Under the pieces are notes generated by a model that worked only from the letters and a program-made list of their open reading frames with translations, had not been told where the DNA came from and searched no databases. Made by a program: the position numbers and the translations under genes. DNA of 42,023 bases, taken from positions 1-42,023 of the forward strand of contig JAZSHE010000095.1 in the NCBI GenBank assembly GCA_045533085.1, read 5' to 3'. This document shows positions 36,658 through 42,023 of the stretch, one piece after another (position 1 is the first letter of the stretch; the number at the start of each line of letters is the position of its first letter). This DNA is from Ruminococcus sp. GTDB taxonomy: Bacteria; Bacillota; Clostridia; Oscillospirales; Acutalibacteraceae.

Positions 36658-37824
36658 TTATATCAAGTTGTATTTTTCCATGTATTCTACCATTTGTTTT
36701 GCAACTGCCTCAATTACATTAATGCAAACAGAATTTCCAAACTGTTTGTACGCTTGTGCATTAGATACTGGAATTATGAACTCTTCTGGAAAACCTTGCA
36801 ATCGAGCACACTCTCTAGGTGTTAACATTCTAGGATTCTTACCGATTTGTTCTATTAATGCTTCACTTCCATCTTTATAATATCTAGCACTGATTGTACT
36901 GGTGTATTTGCTGTTTTCATTAAACAGACAAAAGCCAAATCCATTACCTTTTCTTTTGTGCAGCTGTTTTCTACCCAAATGACCTTGATATAATTTGTCG
37001 GAGATAGTGAATCTGTCTGGTACATTATTTTCTAAAATGTTACCAACACAAACCGACTCATCAATTTTACCTTTAGGATATACAAATGTGTCATATTTAT
37101 TGGGTAATAAATCTTTGTTAAAACCCACAATAATAATTCGCTCTCTGTTCTGTGGACTTCCAAAATGATAGGCATTTAAAACCTCTGGCTCAGGAACATA
37201 ATAATTCAGTTCATCTAAGATACTTAATATTACTTTTATAGTGTTTCCTTTATCATGACCTCTCAGCTGCTTAACGTTTTCTAACATAAATGCTTTTGGC
37301 CTTTTTAATTTTAATATGCTTGCTATATTAAAAAATAATGTTCCTCGTGCATCTTCAAAACCCTTTTTTAGTCCAGCCTGAGAAAAAGGTTGGCAAGGAA
37401 AGCCTGCTAATAAAATATCGTGGTCTGGTATTTCTGCAGGATCAATTTTTGTAATATCTCCTGCTGGGATTTCACCATAATTTACCCTATAAGTTTTTTG
37501 TGCAAATTTATCCCACTCTGATGAAAACACAGTTTTACCGCCACATCTTTGAAACCCTTGTCTGATACCACCGATACCTGCGAACAAATCGATTTGAGTA
37601 AATCTAAATGTTGATTTAGGGCTATCCTTAAATGGAGGTTCTGTCGGGTAGGATATGATTTTTTTGTAAACGGTTTCTGGAATATTTTCTGCTCCAGTTT
37701 CCCATAGCTTTAGTTTTTTTTCTTCCTCTTTAGATAACCCTAAAGAATCGGCAAATTCTTTTCTAGTAATGTCTAGTTTTTCTCTTACATGAGTAATTTG
37801 TTCACTTCTACTTAAATTTGCCAC
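36658..37824 (-). CDS. HTH-fused C5-cytosine methyltransferase (SsoII/ScrFIA/Dcm-like)
   Basis: N-terminal XRE-like HTH; FAGIGG, GFPCQ, ENV and KQFGNS; TRD TISARYYKDGSE typical of CCWGG/CCNGG enzymes. Confidence 0.92.
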   Translation of the reverse strand: MANLSRSEQITHVREKLDITRKEFADSLGLSKEEEKKLKLWETGAENIPETVYKKIISYPTEPPFKDSPKSTFRFTQIDLFAGIGGIRQGFQRCGGKTVFSSEWDKFAQKTYRVNYGEIPAGDITKIDPAEIPDHDILLAGFPCQPFSQAGLKKGFEDARGTLFFNIASILKLKRPKAFMLENVKQLRGHDKGNTIKVILSILDELNYYVPEPEVLNAYHFGSPQNRERIIIVGFNKDLLPNKYDTFVYPKGKIDESVCVGNILENNVPDRFTISDKLYQGHLGRKQLHKRKGNGFGFCLFNENSKYTSTISARYYKDGSEALIEQIGKNPRMLTPRECARLQGFPEEFIIPVSNAQAYKQFGNSVCINVIEAVAKQMVEYMEKYNLI

Positions 37825-37891
37825 TGCGTAGCTCCTCCTTGTTTTTTTACATATATATCACTCTAAATATAGTTAATGTCAAGTTATATTT

Positions 37892-38116
37892 TTATTTTGT
37901 ATCCAGTTTTATAGTATCTCCATCTGGAAAAATAAATGATTGTTCAAAAATAACCCCCATAACATTGGCTATCTGTTTAAGTTCTGTCAAAGAAACAGTA
38001 TCACGTTTTATTTTCTTGCTAAAATTTTGTGGTGTTTGACCAATCCTTCTAGCTAATTCTGAAACGCTTATCTTTTTCTTGTGACATAATTCTTTAATCA
38101 TATCTGATGTATTCAT
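37892..38116 (-). CDS. Small XRE-family HTH regulator
   Basis: ISVSELARRIGQTPQNFSKKIKR. Confidence 0.88.
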   Translation of the reverse strand: MNTSDMIKELCHKKKISVSELARRIGQTPQNFSKKIKRDTVSLTELKQIANVMGVIFEQSFIFPDGDTIKLDTK

Positions 38117-38147
38117 TTTGCTACCACCTTATATCACATTGTTTTGT

Positions 38148-38176
38148 ATTATAAACCATTTGGTTTATAATTGCAA
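38148..38176 (-). promoter_or_regulatory. Promoter with a perfect palindromic operator
   Basis: Minus strand TTGCAA-17-TATAAT; TTATAAACCA-tt-TGGTTTATAA (38149-38170) fills the spacer. Confidence 0.75.
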
Positions 38177-38254
38177 TATATTATTTTTGCTTAGTAGCGC
38201 AAAAATACTTGAGTTTAAAAAAATTAACTTTAAAACTCAGTTGAGGTATTTATC

Positions 38255-39190
38255 ATGAAAGTATGTAGTTTGTTTAGCGGAATAGGTGGTATCGATCTAG
38301 GTTTCATTCAGGCTGGGTTTGAGATCGTGTGGGCAAATGAGTTTGATAAAGATGCTGCAACAACATATCGACACAATCTAGGAGCGGAACACCTTGTGGA
38401 AAGAGATATTAGAAAAGTGGATATAGCGCAAATACCTGGTTTTGATGTTTTGGTAGCAGGATTTCCTTGCCAACCGTTTTCAATAATGGGTTTTCGTAAG
38501 GGCTTCAATGATGCGAGAGGTAATCTGTTTTTTGAGATTGCTCGTATTGCTGAAGCTAGGAAGCCTAAGGTGATTTTTCTTGAAAATGTTGCAAATTTAA
38601 TAGAACACGATGAAGGTAAATCATTTTTGACAGTTTATAATGCATTAGCTCCACAAGGATACAAACTGCGGTATCAGTTGATGGATTCCTTAGAGTACGG
38701 AAATGTACCACAGCAGAGAACTAGGGTTTTTATAGTAGCATTTCAAGATGAATCTGCTTGTGAAAAGTTTGAGTTCCCTGAAAAGATACCACTTACAGTG
38801 AAGTTGAATGATATTTTGGTTCGTAACATAAAACACAGTAGCTGTTATTATTACACAGGCTCTAGCTATTATTACGAAGCATTACAGAGAATTGTAATAG
38901 ATAAAAATGCTCTTTATAAAATTTATGACTCAGGGGTTTCTCGTAAAGCTCATTATATATGTCCTACACTTACTGCTAATATGGGAACATTCCCTGATAG
39001 GGTGCCGATTATACTTGATGATTATGGTATAAGAAAGATAACACCGTATGAGTGTCTTGCTTTACAAGGCTTCCCTAAGGACTATCGGTTTCCAAAAATT
39101 CCAATGGCTAGTGCATATAAACAGTGCGGCAATAGTGTAGTTGTACCAGTGATTAGAAGAATTGCAGAAAGTATTTATAAAGTATTATGA
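38255..39190 (+). CDS. C5-cytosine methyltransferase (Bsp6I-like scaffold)
   Basis: FSGIGG, GFPCQ, ENV, QQRTR, CPTLTANMGT and YKQCGNS. Confidence 0.92.
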   Translation: MKVCSLFSGIGGIDLGFIQAGFEIVWANEFDKDAATTYRHNLGAEHLVERDIRKVDIAQIPGFDVLVAGFPCQPFSIMGFRKGFNDARGNLFFEIARIAEARKPKVIFLENVANLIEHDEGKSFLTVYNALAPQGYKLRYQLMDSLEYGNVPQQRTRVFIVAFQDESACEKFEFPEKIPLTVKLNDILVRNIKHSSCYYYTGSSYYYEALQRIVIDKNALYKIYDSGVSRKAHYICPTLTANMGTFPDRVPIILDDYGIRKITPYECLALQGFPKDYRFPKIPMASAYKQCGNSVVVPVIRRIAESIYKVL

Positions 39191-39258
39191 ATAACGTTGT
39201 ATCCAAACACAAGATGTGGTAGTTAAATATTAATTTTATATTGAATTAAGGAGAATAT

Positions 39259-39672
39259 ATGATTCAACAAGTTATTAACGACCCGCTGTTTTTGAGCGGG
39301 AAGTCAGAGAAAGCAACAAAAGAAGATTTACAGGTGGCACAGGATTTGCTTGATACGCTGATAGCAAATCGTGCAAGCTGTGTTGGTATGGCTGCTAATA
39401 TGATAGGTGTGCGCAAGCGTATCATCGCCTTTGATGATAACGGTAAATACACCGTTATGTTCAATCCTGAAATTATCAAGTGTAGCGGTGAATATAACAC
39501 TGAGGAAGGCTGTCTATCACTTCTTGGCGGCCCTCGTCCGTGTAAGCGTTATCAAAGCATTAAAGTCCGCTACCAGAACGAAAAATTCCTACAGTTGACT
39601 AAAACCTACACCGGATTTACTGCACAGATCATACAACATGAAATTGACCACTGTAATGGTGTGCTGATTTAG
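39259..39672 (+). CDS. def: Peptide deformylase
   Basis: VGMAANMIG, EGCLS and QHEIDH motifs. Confidence 0.92.
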   Translation: MIQQVINDPLFLSGKSEKATKEDLQVAQDLLDTLIANRASCVGMAANMIGVRKRIIAFDDNGKYTVMFNPEIIKCSGEYNTEEGCLSLLGGPRPCKRYQSIKVRYQNEKFLQLTKTYTGFTAQIIQHEIDHCNGVLI

Positions 39673-39740
39673 TTGCTACTTGGATTAAATGATGTTATAA
39701 TTAAAAAAATTGTCATAGATTATGTCAAAGAGGTTTAATT

Positions 39741-40220
39741 ATGGGGAAATCATCTACTAAAGAGAATAAAAGCATTTATCAGTTAGTTCGAGAGGGAAAG
39801 GGGTATAGCAGAGCTCAAGCAGCTGACTTAATGACAGGTTATATAGAAGAGTATAGACTTGTGAGATTGGAAAATGGTGATGTTAGTCTTCAGCCGGCTG
39901 ATGTTCTTGCTATGTCAAAAGCTTACAACAAACCTGAACTTAGAAACTATTATTGTACTCACGAGTGTCCTATCGGAAAGATAGATGCGCCGCAGGTTAA
40001 AATGAACAGCAATATACATGAATTATTGGTGAATATGCTTTTATCTTTAGAAGCAGTTAACTCTAACAAAATGCGTCTTATGGAAATACTTGCAGATGGT
40101 AAAATCCAGAGTGACGAAATTGAAGATTTCGAGAAAATCGAGAAAGAGTTAGAGCATATTTCTATGGCGGTCGAATCAATTCAACTTTGGTGTGAGAGAG
40201 CAAAGAACGAAAACAAATAA
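39741..40220 (+). CDS. XRE-family HTH protein with a helical C-terminal domain
   Basis: GYSRAQAAD...RLVRLENG; YCTHECPIG. Confidence 0.8.
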   Translation: MGKSSTKENKSIYQLVREGKGYSRAQAADLMTGYIEEYRLVRLENGDVSLQPADVLAMSKAYNKPELRNYYCTHECPIGKIDAPQVKMNSNIHELLVNMLLSLEAVNSNKMRLMEILADGKIQSDEIEDFEKIEKELEHISMAVESIQLWCERAKNENK

Positions 40221-40231
40221 GGTTATAGATT

Positions 40232-40265
40232 GCGGCGTTTCAGTTGTCTACTGGAACGCTGTTTT
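40232..40265 (+). terminator. Intrinsic terminator
   Basis: GCGGCGTTTCAG..CTGGAACGCTGT followed by T's. Confidence 0.7.
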
Positions 40266-40386
40266 ATTTTGCAGCTTTTGTATGAATATAGATGGTTATT
40301 TTGCAATGTTTGTGATTAAAAATTGTGTTTTTAAAAGTTAATATATAAGTGAGAAAAATTGAATTTACACAAAAAGGGTGATCTAA

Positions 40387-40533
40387 ATGACAGTAAGAGA
40401 AAGGGTTTTAGCTTTGAGATTACTAGAGAAACAAAAGAAAGATCCAGAGTACGCTGAAAGGTTAGGTGTACATGTTGAGATAGTTGAAAAAGAAGAATGC
40501 AAAGAAGACAACACTAATTTGCAAAAGTTGTGA
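40387..40533 (+). CDS. Small protein (48 aa), not in the ORF track
   Basis: RBS AAGGGTG; MTVRERVLALRLLEKQKKDPEYAERLGVHVEIVEKEECKEDNTNLQKL. Confidence 0.65.
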   Translation: MTVRERVLALRLLEKQKKDPEYAERLGVHVEIVEKEECKEDNTNLQKL

Positions 40534-40639
40534 ATATATCTATTGCATTTTTGCGGATACAGTTAATTACTTCCATGAACTATAAGATTATAATTTAGAT
40601 ATAAAAATATAGAACATCAATTATCTTGGAGGATTTAGT

Positions 40640-41143
40640 ATGGGTAGAGCATTAACAGAGAAAAAAGTCTTAGATAAACTGGGAATCGATAATTTTAGAC
40701 AGTTAACTAAAGACAAAGTGATAGAGATGGCATCAATGCTAGATAAGATGGATCCTGAAGTAGCGAAAAAAGCATTAGATCAATTTCCTGACTTTGCAAA
40801 AACTATGAAAGAGATATTGTTGGAATATAAAGGACTCCTTTCTGAGGGATTAAAAAGCAATCAGGAGAATACGAAATCTTTTTTTGAATCATGTGATTGC
40901 GCAATCCAGGAGTGTCAGAGAATTCTAGATAAAGACAATTTATCTTTTGATGAGAAACACACCGTAATTATGCTTATGCTTGAAATAGCAAAGATGAAGA
41001 AGGATGCCAATAGTGAAAACAATAAATTTATCTTATGTTTGGCAACTACTGGAATTGTTGCATTAGGTATTGCAGCAACAGCACCGGTATCAGTATTAGG
41101 TGGAAATGTAAAAGTGGATTTTGATTCTATAAGAAAAATTTAG
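40640..41143 (+). CDS. Hypothetical helical protein with a C-terminal TM segment
   Basis: GGAGG RBS; hydrophobic C-terminal segment. Confidence 0.75.
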   Translation: MGRALTEKKVLDKLGIDNFRQLTKDKVIEMASMLDKMDPEVAKKALDQFPDFAKTMKEILLEYKGLLSEGLKSNQENTKSFFESCDCAIQECQRILDKDNLSFDEKHTVIMLMLEIAKMKKDANSENNKFILCLATTGIVALGIAATAPVSVLGGNVKVDFDSIRKI

Positions 41144-41224
41144 TAATCCACAAGTTGAGTTACAGGATAAATAAAAGTAATTGTTATATAGTTTAAACTA
41201 AAACTTAATAAAGGAGGTGGGAAT

Positions 41225-41440
41225 ATGGCTAAGTTCTATTATGTGAATGATGATCAAACAAAGAATCCTGGACTTCATCATGAAGTTCATACAGAGCAAC
41301 ATGCAAAAGATCTTGAAATTGCCAGCAAAACATATGTTGGATATTTTGATAACGAGATCGATGCAGTAAAAGAGGCGAAGAAGATATACTCAGACGCAGA
41401 TGGTTGTGCAGTTTGCTGTCCAAATGCGCACAAGGGGTGA
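41225..41440 (+). CDS. Small His/Cys-rich putative metal-binding protein
   Basis: AAGGAGG RBS; HHEVH and ADGCAVCCPNAH. Confidence 0.8.
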   Translation: MAKFYYVNDDQTKNPGLHHEVHTEQHAKDLEIASKTYVGYFDNEIDAVKEAKKIYSDADGCAVCCPNAHKG

Positions 41441-41444
41441 TTAA

Positions 41445-41570
41445 ATGGCAGTTCATCATGGAGGAAAAGTTGGTAAAGCAGGAAAGACTTTAGCAACAAA
41501 AAGCTCCTCAAAGTCAGCTAAAAGCAAAGCAGGGAAAACCTTAGCAAAACATAAGGCTGATAAGCATTGA
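41445..41570 (+). CDS. Small basic protein (41 aa), not in the ORF track
   Basis: RBS GGGGTG; MAVHHGGKVGKAGKTLATKSSSKSAKSKAGKTLAKHKADKH. Confidence 0.7.
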   Translation: MAVHHGGKVGKAGKTLATKSSSKSAKSKAGKTLAKHKADKH

Positions 41571-41651
41571 TGTGTATATAGACTATATAACCTATATAAC
41601 TTTTATTAATGTGATTGCAGATTAACATATATTTCTTTGCGATCAAAAGAG

Positions 41652-41685
41652 TTTCCAAAGGCAATGCTCGTATTGCCTTTGGAAA
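41652..41685. repeat. 14-bp perfect inverted repeat
   Basis: TTTCCAAAGGCAAT-gctcgt-ATTGCCTTTGGAAA. Confidence 0.8.
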
Positions 41686-41774
41686 TGTTATTATTGTATG
41701 AAACATAAGGGGAAGAAAGCTAAATTGCATAACTTCTTCACACAATATTTGTGAAAAGGAAATGAAGTGAATTT

Positions 41775-42004
41775 ATGACATTTGGGACTTTTCTTTTAAG
41801 GGTTGATGGCATAAGGGATGTAAATATAAATGATCTTAAATATGCTTGTGAGATAGGAATGAAGACTTATCAACCAGAAGGTCAGAAATACTTGTATGTT
41901 ATTAATATGGAAATTATTGAGGATAGGTTTTTTTGGTTATCCTGTGATTACGATGATGCGGTAAGTTTTCGTAATTATGTTGTGAATCAAAAGACAGGAA
42001 AGAC
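41775..42004 (+). CDS. Hypothetical protein, truncated at the window end
   Basis: Open frame MTFGTFLLRVDG... runs to the sequence end. Confidence 0.6.
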
Positions 42005-42023
42005 AAGTCGGAGGCCAAGCGGT
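42005..42023 (+). other. MGI/BGISEQ sequencing adapter (artefact)
   Basis: AAGTCGGAGGCCAAGCGGT matches the start of the MGI adapter AAGTCGGAGGCCAAGCGGTCTTAGGAAGACAA. Confidence 0.9.

Noticed and set aside
452-41745. Many short antisense or alternate-frame ORFs in the track (e.g. 452-778, 8194-8589, 12698-12988, 25834-26274, 27095-27563, 41518-41745)
   Set aside because: They overlap well-supported genes or structured non-coding DNA and lack RBSs and motifs.

Overview
This 42-kb window comes from a Clostridia-class anaerobe, probably Ruminococcus-like given its dockerin-bearing secreted protein. It has three zones. (1) 1-12.9 kb is mostly core chromosome: glyQS, pyrR with a PyrR attenuator, a dockerin-tagged C1 peptidase, a Crp/4Fe-4S/flavodiiron stress locus, a thioesterase, a GH3 enzyme and lipoproteins. 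(2) About 13-26.8 kb is an array of small accessory genes, nearly all on the + strand: nitroreductases, TipAS, GNATs, an APH-like kinase, an ars-like operon, membrane proteins, DUF1349 and TrmH. Three non-coding repeat families punctuate it: a ~32-bp direct repeat TCAAAATCTG-N7/8-TAATCAAAGAATA (6 copies, two of them in zone 3), a repeated terminator+promoter module, and a short AAA-N6-TTT junction motif. Together they suggest an integron- or pdif-like cassette system, although no recombinase lies in the window. A yybP-ykoY riboswitch is also here. (3) Right of a tRNA-Pro(UGG) 3' half (an att site) is an AT-rich, defence-type island. It holds an orphan AAA_21 ATPase, an MBL-hydrolase/unknown/membrane-protein operon, and an unusual restriction-modification locus: ASCH protein, C5-MTase fused to a LlaMI-like endonuclease, a large HhH-GPD/Fe-S glycosylase-like protein, an HTH-MTase, an XRE regulator and a third MTase. 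The last 19 bp are MGI/BGI adapter. All family calls come from motif recognition and memory, not database searches.
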